Shown piece by piece: positions 13,401 through 23,600 of a stretch of 64,000 bases of DNA. The notes under the pieces were generated by a model. The model saw only the letters and a program-made list of their open reading frames with translations, was not told the DNA's origin and did no database searches. Origin of the DNA: Amoebophrya sp. A120 (lineage: Eukaryota > Protista > Dinoflagellata); assembly GCA_905178155.1 (NCBI GenBank), contig CAJINV010000005.1, forward strand, positions 7,556,989 to 7,620,988, given 5' to 3'. The position numbers and the translations under genes are program-made. How positions within the stretch are numbered: the stretch's first letter is position 1; every line of letters starts with the position of its first letter.

Positions 13401-15873
13401 CTCAGTTGGAAACACAACAAAGCTTTCCTGATTAACTGCTACAATTTGCTCTGTCTCCACGGTTTCACAGAAGCTGGGGTGGTCTCCAAATTAGACAAAC
13501 GGATCTACACTGGGACTCGTATGCACTGCAAAAGTATCGTACTCGTATAAATGCATTACAAATTTTCTCAGCATGGAAAATGAAGTTTGTAATGCGGATT
13601 TACCTTAAGAAAAAGATTTGTAATGCATGACTGCATTACGAATGACTGCAATTACTACGAGTGCGATACTTTTGCACAGCATAACTCACCCCTACCAGCA
13701 ACAAACCGCGTACCAGTTCGCTTTTGGATTTGTGCTGAAGTTGGCAGATTTGTTCCAGATGGTGAGCCCAAGGAAGGACTACCGAGTATTGTGAGGAAAA
13801 ATTCCCCCTCCCCATACCAAACCGGGATACTTCTGAAAATTTGTGATGCTGATTTGAGACCACAAATCGTCTCTGTATTGCAAGAAGGCCAATTCAAAAA
13901 TCTCGCCGCATCCTGCCGGCAATTTGTAATGCTATAGGGACTACGGAGGATATGCCTGCCTTGCTAGGCGCCGATACCAAATCCCCCTACTCCGGCTTTG
14001 TATCTGCCTGCAGTCCTCTGCTGCAAGACAAAGCCGATTTGTGTACACAAATACCGCATCACAGATTTCCATTTCGATATGGGGAGGGGGGATTTTTCCT
14101 TGCGATACCGCGTGCATTTCGTTCTCAACCACTGCACGAAGTCGTGCCCGCCGATCTACTGGCTGGACAAACACTGCACGAACTGCGTGGAGGAGGAGCT
14201 GGAGTTTTTGTCCATGCTGTACTGCATGAACGTATGCAATACAAATTTCCTGCACATGTACAAAATGCATCACAAATTTCACCAACCTGGAGCGTGCCAC
14301 TTGTCATGCTGAATCGCGTTAAAAGAAAACTTTGTCATGCAGAAATCGCACTTGTACATGTGCAGGAAATTTCCTGTGAATAGAACGACCAGAACGTGTT
14401 CTTTCAGACAAAAGAGTCGGAGGAGACGTTCAGGTTAGGAATATCGAGAAATAAACCCTCGAACAAACGGAAACGGAAGCGCTTGGAGGTTCATTGCTTC
14501 TTGGTGAACAATATCAAATGTAAAAATGTCTGGGTCTGGAAAAATGCAAGTTTGTCATGCTTGTCTGGCATGACTCTTAAATCTGTCATGCACATTACCA
14601 AAGAGCCCCACTTTTCTGTCATGCAGAAACGTAGTTTGTCATGCTGAATAGGCAACACCCAGAAGCTCAGAAACTTGTCATGCTGAGCCAGCAATTGTCG
14701 CCTCCTCATGATACGCCACACAGCATCACAAGTTTCCAGACCCAGACATTTTTACATTTGATAAACAAAACTCTTTGGAAACTCCCGGAATTCCAACAGC
14801 AGTTCGTCACGTTGAGCACCATATGGATTGTAAAAATGTCTGGGTCTGGAAAGTTGGAACTTGTAATGCTAGCTTTCCATACCTAGAAAATCTGTATTGC
14901 ATAAGCAACAAAAGTCGCAGCCTCTTTTGTCATGCGAAAACGCAGTTTCTTATGCAGATTGCCTATGAGAAAGCGTCTTGGGAAGTTGTCATGCTGGACT
15001 GCATTCGGAAGTGTTTTCATCATGCACTTTTTAGCATCACAAGTTTCCAGACCCAGACACTATTGCATTTCATACACCAACACCCGCGAAAACGCAAAGC
15101 GGTCCGTGATGCAGATTTTGCTGAGGCACCTTCGGGGGGAAAAGTGGAATTTGTTGAAAAAATGCGAGCAGGATTTGAGCTTGTTCCATTTCTACTACGG
15201 CACCTCCTCCGGCGGCTTTGGCGCGTTCGCGGAACGGGCGGCCTGTGAGCCGTATCAAATGCAAATATGTCTGGGTCTGGAAGATTGGAGGACTTGTCAT
15301 GCACATTTTGCATAATCCATGATGTCTGTGATGTATGCGATAGCATCACAGATTTTGCGAAGGCTCGCTGATGCCTATACCGCATGACAAATGCCCCCTC
15401 CGCCTAACAAAAACTGGACTCCTCTTGCGGCTTACGCAATACAGATTTTTCTAGAATCCAAAGACAGCATGACAAGTCTCATCCCTCCAGGCCCAGACAT
15501 TTTTTGCAGTGCATAAGCCCTTTGACTTCACGAGTTTGAACTTGATCGGGCAGGACACGAAATATTTTCCGTCGGTTTTTTAGAACAAGAAGTGGTGTAT
15601 AGATGTTGTCACTTGGTTGACCACGACGGCGAGCACAAGGCAGATAAAAATGCAATCACGCCTCAACAATTCTACAAATCGCGCCGCGATTACAGCGCAC
15701 CTAGTGCAGGCAAAGCTGTGGCTTTTGTCGTGTGTTCGGGCGGGGTACATGGATGTAGATGTCATCGCATTGAGGCTGTGATTCTTGTACGTGTGAGCCA
15801 ACAGCTCAGAAATGCAAATTATATGAGAACAATCAAGACCATGTCCAGAACGAGAATCGGTGAGCAAGGTTAG
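4463..15873 (+). CDS. Large low-complexity protein with C-terminal DUF547-like domain; 23 exons, 22 introners
   Basis: Continuous frame after removing 22 elements; AFLINCYNLLCLHG and DYRVHFVLNHCTKSCPPI match DUF547 motifs (AFWINxYN, DPRIHFALxCxxxSCP); stop TAG at 15871-15873. Confidence 0.8.
5210..5463. mobile_element. Introner family D (D4)
   Basis: D TIR; TSD GGTAT/GATAT. Confidence 0.92.
6795..7075. mobile_element. Introner family D (D2, reversed vs 1528)
   Basis: D TIR; TSD CTTTG. Confidence 0.92.
7133..7454. mobile_element. Introner family F
   Basis: TIR AGGAAAAATCCCCCTCCCCATA; TSD GATCC. Confidence 0.92.
7519..7674. mobile_element. Introner family B
   Basis: B TIR; TSD AGTCG/ATTCC. 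Confidence 0.88.
7778..8059. mobile_element. Introner family G
   Basis: TIR AAAAAC.TCCCCACCCCAGAGT; TSD TTGGC. Confidence 0.92.
8108..8266. mobile_element. Introner family B
   Basis: B TIR; TSD ATGAC. Confidence 0.92.
8744..9009. mobile_element. Introner family D (D3)
   Basis: D TIR; TSD GGCGA. Confidence 0.92.
9428..9570. mobile_element. Introner family B
   Basis: B TIR; TSD ATCTG. Confidence 0.92.
9619..9877. mobile_element. Introner family D
   Basis: D TIR; TSD TGGTT/CGGTT. Confidence 0.92.
9913..10118. mobile_element. Introner family H (singleton here)
   Basis: TAT...ATA ends, imperfect inverted repeat (GTCACAAGCACT/AGTGACTGTGAT); TSD TCTCC. Confidence 0.85.
10412..10667. mobile_element. 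Introner family D (D4)
   Basis: D TIR; TSD CGTTG; interior similar to 5210 copy. Confidence 0.92.
11273..11457. mobile_element. Introner family B (aged)
   Basis: B TIR; TSD decayed AAAAG/ACATA; removal with 5 nt keeps frame. Confidence 0.85.
11894..12220. mobile_element. Introner family A (reversed vs 298)
   Basis: A TIR GGATCGAAATCGACA; TSD ACATT/ACATC. Confidence 0.9.
12276..12496. mobile_element. Introner family C
   Basis: TIR GAAAAAAG.GTTACA; TSD GCTTC. Confidence 0.9.
12685..12848. mobile_element. Introner family B
   Basis: B TIR; TSD GTCAG/GTGCG. Confidence 0.88.
12900..13161. mobile_element. Introner family D
   Basis: D TIR; TSD AGAGG (GT-AG compatible). Confidence 0.92.
13520..13683. 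mobile_element. Introner family B
   Basis: B TIR; TSD ACTCG/ACTCA. Confidence 0.92.
13787..14107. mobile_element. Introner family F
   Basis: F TIR; TSD CCGAG/CCGCG; similar to 7133 copy along its length. Confidence 0.92.
14233..14382. mobile_element. Introner family I
   Basis: TIR AAATTTCCTGCACATGTACAA; TSD GAACG. Confidence 0.92.
14512..14763. mobile_element. Introner family D (D1, 252 bp)
   Basis: Perfect TIR TATCAAATGTAAAAATGTCTGGGTCTGGAAA; TSD AACAA. Confidence 0.94.
14822..15074. mobile_element. Introner family D
   Basis: D TIR; TSD CACCA. Confidence 0.92.
15253..15515. mobile_element. Introner family D (D3)
   Basis: D TIR; TSD AGCCG/AGCCC. Confidence 0.92.
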
Positions 15874-17357
15874 CGTCGCTTCTGCGTCGTCTCTCGTAGC
15901 GTAGCTCGTGCCTCTCTTCGCACTGCTAGAAGCAGAAGCTGAGGGCCTTTTTGGCTGCTTATCGGTTTCGTACCTGTGGAGCGTATTTTTTTTATCGGTA
16001 TCTTCGTAAACGTACTAAAGTTAATTAGGTTCGTTGAACATTTGATTTCGCAGCTATCGTACGTCGCACTTTCCTGCGCAGTGCTGCTGTCGTACTCGTC
16101 GGTTTTATCGTGCTGTCCTCGTTCCGAGAACCTTTCGTCCAAGAATGTTGATCGTCTTCAAGACTTGCAGGACTACAACTTATTTATCGAAGAAGTGCAG
16201 CTTCTCGATGAGGATGATTCTGTGCCTAGGCGGTGATGAACAAAACAATGCTAGAACACCTAGTCCACTTTATTGTGTTTCCATCAATTAATCTTCTATC
16301 ATTTTTGTAGATCGATAAAACTCATAGTACCCCGAAAACCCACAACAGGGAAGTACTGCGCTCGTTCGGCGGATACCACTACCAATATTTTTACACCCCC
16401 GTATCCACCAAGAGATACTTCTTTCACTTCTTTCTAGTACAACTAGAACTATTACGTAAGACATCAAAATAGTTGCTCTCTCTCTCCCTGTTTTTCGTCC
16501 ATCGAAAGCCAAACTCGAGGGCCAAAGCATCGGTAGCGGTTCTGGACAGCACGGTGCTACGTATACGTTTCCCGCTGTGAGTGTCAGTCGGATCTTCCTT
16601 CTCCTGGCTTTTTCATCCGCGAGGAACGAAACTTCTAGAAGAGACGACTGCTTCGCCACTACCTACTAATCCATATCTTCGGACTCAATTATCCAGCGGT
16701 TGTGTGGTCGAAGTCATCATGCAAAGCAAGCGCAATACCAAAATCATGGCCCGCCGCGTGGGTATCCTTGCAGCGACCGGGCAGGTCTGGACGGGATTCG
16801 GAACTCAGGTTGCGGAGAAGAAGATTGCTGTTCATGAGGGTGAGAGCACGATCACTTCAGGGTTTTTTAGGCCATCGAAATTATCAAGCGAACATTTGCG
16901 CGATTGTCTCAAGCAGCTTACTCACCTGAAAACAGTGCCCGCGACTCAAAAAAAAAAAAACAAAAAGGCGAAACTTCGAGGACGACGATTGCAACGAAAT
17001 TACTGTAGATGTAGCATCACATCTCTATCAGGTGCTTGAGCGGCATTTCATATTTCTTGACAGTCATGGTGACTGACCTTGGCGTTGGCAACAATGGTTT
17101 CACTTGTTTTGTAGAGCTGGCTGTCATAATTCTTGTAGTCTGGTATTGATTTTCCAGAAGTGTAAGACCTACCGAAAAATAGTTGTGGGAGGGTGCTGCT
17201 CTGCCTTCAATGACCCGGAGTCGGGAATCGTGAATTCGAGGTCCAGCGCCGTAGCTATTATTGCTATTCGTGACAAGAGTATTTTTACTAATGTTGCGGC
17301 CGTCTAGGGTGTTAGTGTTGGGATTTCGACAGAAAGCTACCTTTTTGTTTTTCTGAG

Positions 17358-18050
17358 ATGACGCCGGGGACTGGTTTCAATATGATAGGCTTGGCGGGCG
17401 ACTCGACACAGTGGCATAAAACGACTGAGGCCCTACGACGGCTCTTAATTGTAAACTACAGGGCGATCCAGAAAAAGTACGAGGAATTCCTGGAAACAAA
17501 CTGGCGTGGGCGGAAGCGGAGGCCCGATGCACCACAGACAGATTTCGCTCCGCTTGCAATCGATGTTTGTCATCCCAAAGAGGCACAAGCAGAGCACGAA
17601 AAGAAACACATGAAGCGGGGAGAAAAATCTAAGCTCTGTGACGAAGTCATTGTTTTGGGCGATGTCCATGGTGCTTTTGTCGACCTGGTTAGGATGCTTG
17701 CAAAACTACTGCCGACAAATGATCCAAAAAGCACATTCTGGGGCGAAGATCCAGTTGGCACCATTATACTTCTTGGGGATTGGATGGACAGAGCCCCGGT
17801 CGCGGGGGACAGCTTCTTTACAATCCTCTTTGTCATGTGGTTGCAAGCGGCGTTCCCGGATCGCGTTGTGTTGCTGCGCGGAAACCACGAGACGGATATT
17901 ATCTTTTCAAACTCTTGTAAAAATCCGGGGTCGGAGCTGGACGCATTACACTCAAATTACAAATCCATCGTCATCGACAAGCAGTCATTTCAGGACAACT
18001 TCTGCGACGAGTTCTTAGTTAAGAAGATGTTCCCTAGCCTCTTTGTTTGA
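17358..18050 (+). CDS. PPP-family Ser/Thr phosphatase (calcineurin-like metallophosphoesterase), apparently incomplete
   Basis: Motifs LGDVHG, LGDWMDR, LLRGNHE in order; downstream HGG and C-terminal motifs not found; true start and end uncertain. Confidence 0.75.
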   Translation: MTPGTGFNMIGLAGDSTQWHKTTEALRRLLIVNYRAIQKKYEEFLETNWRGRKRRPDAPQTDFAPLAIDVCHPKEAQAEHEKKHMKRGEKSKLCDEVIVLGDVHGAFVDLVRMLAKLLPTNDPKSTFWGEDPVGTIILLGDWMDRAPVAGDSFFTILFVMWLQAAFPDRVVLLRGNHETDIIFSNSCKNPGSELDALHSNYKSIVIDKQSFQDNFCDEFLVKKMFPSLFV

Positions 18051-19895
18051 GCGTATTTTTTTTTCCTTTTTTTTGGGCTCCGTGTACAATGTCCATGCTG
18101 TATTTGTTAAACATGTAAAGAGATAAGGACTAGAGTCTGCAGCAACCGGGAACTGGTGCTCTTCGCAGGCACTGGCACTCGACGCACTGTTAGGGTTCCC
18201 AGAAATTACACGGGGGGAAGTTACGTACTTACAACAACCACACACACTGACAAGCGCACTCATTACACTTGAAAGTGAGGCTGTATCAAGAACCGTTTTA
18301 GAAAGAAAGGAGAAGCAGCAAGCTGCACCGCAGACGGTTTCCTCGTTTCTACCCAGTTGCAGTTGCTATTTCAACTTCCGGGCGGGGCTGAAATTGAAAT
18401 ACAAATCTTCACATTCGAATATATGTAACGCAACGTGTGGGAGTGTAGAGGCGGTTGGGTCCTCGCAAGGAAAATCTAGAAATACATTGATACTGGGCGC
18501 ATTAGCCCGCCTATACTTCTTTTTAAACCTTTTTACCTTACTAAAGACATCAGCTCGAATTTATCCTCGGGACGTATATTATAGTCCCTCGCGACTCTTG
18601 TTAGAGCTGTCTCAGATCGATGAATCGGCACGAGGCAGTAGATAACGTAAAGCCGGGTCGTGGGGGCGCAAAAAAACTTTTCCGTACTACCGCAAAAAAG
18701 GCATGCCACATCTTCAGCGCCTAATTGTACTATTCACACTCGTAATTTCATTTGATTTTTTGACGAAAAAAAGTGAACTGAACGAAGAAGAAGATCGCCA
18801 TCGGGCACTTTGAGGCTCGTATATGTGATCCGTATCTTCAACGCGTGCTATTAGTAATCTATCACGCAAGAACCGCTCATAGCTCTTAGAAAATTGCTCG
18901 TGAAAGAGATCTGCAGGAAAGAGAAGAAGAACTACCCAGCTCTGACGTATCTGTATCTGTAAGATTTTTGAGCTAAAAGAACTCACTATGCTGCTCGCTA
19001 CACCAGTAGCAGTAGTGTTTAAGGAGTTTAAAGCCACGACGTAAAAAAATGAGTCGTAATTATCCAGCTGTCGCCGCAGCTGCACATCTATCTGAGTTGT
19101 AAGCCTGTATCTTTTATGCTTAGTCAACACTATCGCGTTAACGTTATCTTCTACAATCATTTTTTTATTTTTTCTTCTTTACTATACCAAGTAGTATAGC
19201 CTGTGGAACGACGTGGCAATTTGTTTTCGTTGAGCGAAATAAAACCGTCATTGCCACGTCGCAGCTGCTTTTGGGGGCACTGAAATAGAAATGAGCGAAG
19301 ATTGAGGGCGGTGCTTACGGTAGTAGAATCATGCCGGAGATAAACATCTTTGGCTTTGCTGCGCACCGAGATCTCTTTCATGATCTGGGTAGCGCAGTTT
19401 CTGTCTTTTTCAGGCTGTAGCTACAGGCTTCCATAACAGAATGAACTGCGCCGCAACAACTGGGCCTAGAAAGATTTGATATCGCGTCTGACAAGATGAA
19501 ATGAAGCAACTTCCACCTCACCAGGGGACCGGCAAGAAAGAACTATCTCAGTGTATCTATTATTTTTGCTCTTGAGTTCTACGCAGAGCCAGAGGCAGAC
19601 GCACGCCTGTCATGCTGGTGCGTGTTGTTCTTGAATCTTCGGAGTGCGCTCGTTCTTGGTGGAAATATAGGTGCGCAGCTTGTTCAACGTTGAGCAATAG
19701 CATACGCAGTTGTGCTGCAGAAGTACTTCTGCTTCAAAAAACTCGGGGCTGCTGGATTTTGATTTTTTGATTTGTTGCACCATCAATCATGGCTCTAGCA
19801 TACTGGATAAAGAAGGCGGACGATGACGATCTTTGTTCGGTATGGCGAAGAGAGGAGCACTATTGCAAGTATTCTTCTTCTCCGTCCGGATTATG

Positions 19896-19995
19896 NNNNN
19901 NNNNNNNNNNNNNNNNNNNNNNNNNNNNNNNNNNNNNNNNNNNNNNNNNNNNNNNNNNNNNNNNNNNNNNNNNNNNNNNNNNNNNNNNNNNNNNN
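19896..19995. other. Assembly gap (100 N)
   Basis: Run of 100 N, probably a gap of unknown size. Confidence 0.99.
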
Positions 19996-20623
19996 TCCAA
20001 ATCCAAATGCAACTACATCATCTTCGAGCCAGTAGTCACTTATAATCGGAACAACCTCTCTTCATACTTTTCCTTTATTGTAACTTAACGTCGACAGCGA
20101 TGTTCACTGTTTCTGTTTCATTGTCTTTACCTATTTGGCGCGCTAGTAATAGATTCATGCCCCCACAATTACATGAGTTTAAGTAGTTGAACTTGAATTG
20201 GTTTGGTGCGCAGTGTAGTTTTCGCAGTTCTTACAGCTACATCCTAGTAATCTACTTTTAGTGTACAGCCACAAGCTGCCCAGAAAATGCCCTCATTGTT
20301 CCTGCGCCACCTCCTCCACCACCTCACAAATATACGAAGTTGGACATCATGCGCGGCAGGTCGTCGCGAAGGCAGTCCATGCCACGAGCACGAAGCAAGC
20401 TGAAAATAGACACTGATGAAGCAACAAGTGGCATCAAGCTCGTCTTACCGTGCCTGGAGATGTTGAACCCTGGCGAGGCATAGGCAATCTCCCAATCTCG
20501 GTCTCCACTTATTGATCTAGGGTTTGTTTCACGGAGCCAGCGCGGCCAGAGATGTTGACAATGCAGCAGTAGATAAAGACCGAGAAAGGAGAAAGAACAC
20601 AAACACCTCCACGACCGCCCAAG

Positions 20624-23600
20624 ATGCTGACCCCCGAGCTGGTAGAAAACCAGCTTCCCCGCATCCTGCACCCCATGGAGGTGCAGTACTACCAACAGCT
20701 CTGGCTCATCGCCACCAACGAACATATCATTTGTAAAAACGTCCCCACACCAGAGTCAAGATGGGAAATCTGCTGGACAAATCAGCCAGCTTTGGTCATT
20801 TGGCATGACAAATTTGCCCTTGTAGTGTAATCCTGTTTTAGGTACTAGTTCAGCAGCATCACAGATCTAGCATATCACGCAGATCATAGCATCACAAATA
20901 CCAAAAGACGACGAGGAAATGCCTCTCATGGCGCTCCGCATGACAAACTTTTTTGGCATGCAGATTTGCATCACATTCACAGCTCTGGTGTGGGGACGTT
21001 TTTACTCAGGATAGAACAGACTATAAACCCATCCACCGTGCTGTCCGGCCGACCGGCGTTCGACTTCCTGAGCAAAGCGACGAATTTGGACAAAACTATC
21101 GAACTGCAAAAGCATCGGACGCGTGGTCGTTGTACCAATTGCACTACCGCATGACAAATTGCACTTTCGTCCTTTCTGGAAAATGATTGAATTTGTGATG
21201 CACTTCGTATATACGCGGCGCGCGTACGATGTTTTTGCACTGCACAAAAACCTACTTGAAACAAATCTGGGCGTTGTCGGACTACCGAGGGAAAGGCGCT
21301 TTGAATCTCATGGAGTTTGTGGTCTGCTTGAGATTGATCTACCAAGCACAATGCCTGTCCATAGCGGCGCAGCACCAAAATCGTGGCCCTTCTGCCCAGC
21401 CGCTGAACGTTCAGCTCGTCTTTCAGCATCCGCAGATACAGCCGGGGAACAACACCCACGGAGTCGACCCGCGAATGTTGCAGCTGCCCAGGTTTGACGG
21501 AGTCAGGTATCCCTTGGATGGAGCTCAAGGTGGGCCATTTGCAGCTGTTGGGCAACATCACCAAGGTACACAGCATCATGGAGGACAGCAGGTATTCAGC
21601 AAAAGGACATCTGAAATTCGTGAATCTTCTGTTGTAGTGCCAACATAATTCGCCCTGTGAAGATTTTCGCTTTTTCAATAAACTGAACCTATCGCGGTCC
21701 TGTGCTGACACGACTTCTACTTCTACAATAGAAATGCATATACCATTACCCAGCACATGCACATGACACAATAATTTGATTTTCTCACCTTTCCTCAGCA
21801 CCATGTTTCCGTCGGCCCCGCGCAGCAAGCTGCCATGCTGGTCGGCATGCAGGACGACGTGCAGAGCAGGAGAACAAATTTCGGAGCACCACCTCCAGCA
21901 CCCCCGAGGACTACAACCTCCACCTCCGTATCTTCACAGCAACAACCTTCTCAAACCAACCCACCAGCGACGAGTATGAAAAACGATGCTTTCGACATCG
22001 ATCTGTCCGGCTTGGGTGGCGACTTCGCTAAGGTCGGGGTCAGTGTGAACAAGGCGGACGCAGTTGATGTGAGAAAAGAAGTAGGTCAACACAATTTGAG
22101 TTTTACACAACAGCAAGAAATAGCAGCACAGGGCGGCGTGAGCAATGACGATTTCGGTGACTTCCAGCAAGAACCGCATCTAGGAACTGCAGCAACGTGG
22201 TCGAGCTTTCCTACTGCTGCGGACGGGGGCTCAGCCTTTGGCTTTTCAACAGCACCACAACCTGCGGATTTTCAACATTTTCATCAAGCGTCTCCTGCTC
22301 CTATACAACCAAAAACCCAGCAACCGCTAGTGGTCCACCAACAAGAGGACGATAACGACGACGACTGGGGTGATTTTGGCGACGAACACCAAACCGCCAC
22401 GGGTCAGATGGTAGAGGTCAAAACGGGTGCGGCAGTGTTTGACGCGTTTGCGGATTTGGTAGAGCCTGTTGCGTATGCATTGCAAAAGTATCGTACTCGT
22501 ATTGCAATCATGCATATACAAATCTTCAATTCGCATTACAAATTTCATTTCTCATGCTGAGGAAATTTGTAATGCAATTATACGAGTCGTGCGATACTTT
22601 TGCAGTTCATATTGCTGCACCAGCTCCACCACCAGTTGTGCCGCCCGGGGCAGATGCAGCTGCGCCACATGTTGATCCTACGTCACCGCCGCTAGCTGAT
22701 CCAGGTCCTCGTATGGAGCAGCAGCAAATAGGCAACGCCAACGGCATCAATCCCGCAACAATTCACCTCCCCAACCAGCTGGAGTTCGGGCTCGCGTCAC
22801 CCCCTCCCGGAACTGCTGCTCTCAACATCAACACTGCGGCTGCAGCTTCGGACTACTTCGCTTCTTCAACAGGAGCTGCAGGAGCTACTAGTCAAAAGAT
22901 TTCCACTGCACCATTCGATGCAGTTGCTCCAGTGGTCGGTAGCGCGAATATTCCGTCGAATATTAAACAAGAGCATCCGCCAACGCCGGCAAAACCTGCG
23001 ACGCCACCCAGATTTGACTTCAGTAGTCAGGATTTTAACTTCTTTGAAGGAGCTCCAGATCCAGATCCTGCTCCTGCACCAGGTGGGGCATCACCAAAAG
23101 ATTCATCTGTGGGGGCGAGCAACAATACCACGAAAGAAACAGCACGACCTGGTGGTGGTACTACTGCGGGAGATGAGCAGGAGCAGAATTATAATATGTC
23201 CGGAGTAATAAAACAACAAGCAACTACGCCAAGTAAGACGACTCAAAAACCGCTCAAAGCGGCGACTCCGTCCCCCAAGGGTGACGTGTTCAGTGCGCTT
23301 AGCGGTCTGGACGTATGCATTGCAAAAGTATCGTACTCGTAGTAATGGCAAATGCTATCGCGCATGACAAATACCCCTTTTTAGGTAAAACAGCATTACA
23401 AATTGCATTTTTCTTCTCGGAAAAATTTGTGATGCAATTCATACTAGTACGATACTTTTGCAATGCATAGGAGGGCATACAGGACAACAACTCATCAGGA
23501 GACAAATCGAATCTTGCTCCAATGGCAATGCCAGCACTGATGCCCGCACCGGCAGTCGTCGCGGCGGATGACGAGGATGATGGCTTCGGCGACTTTTCCT

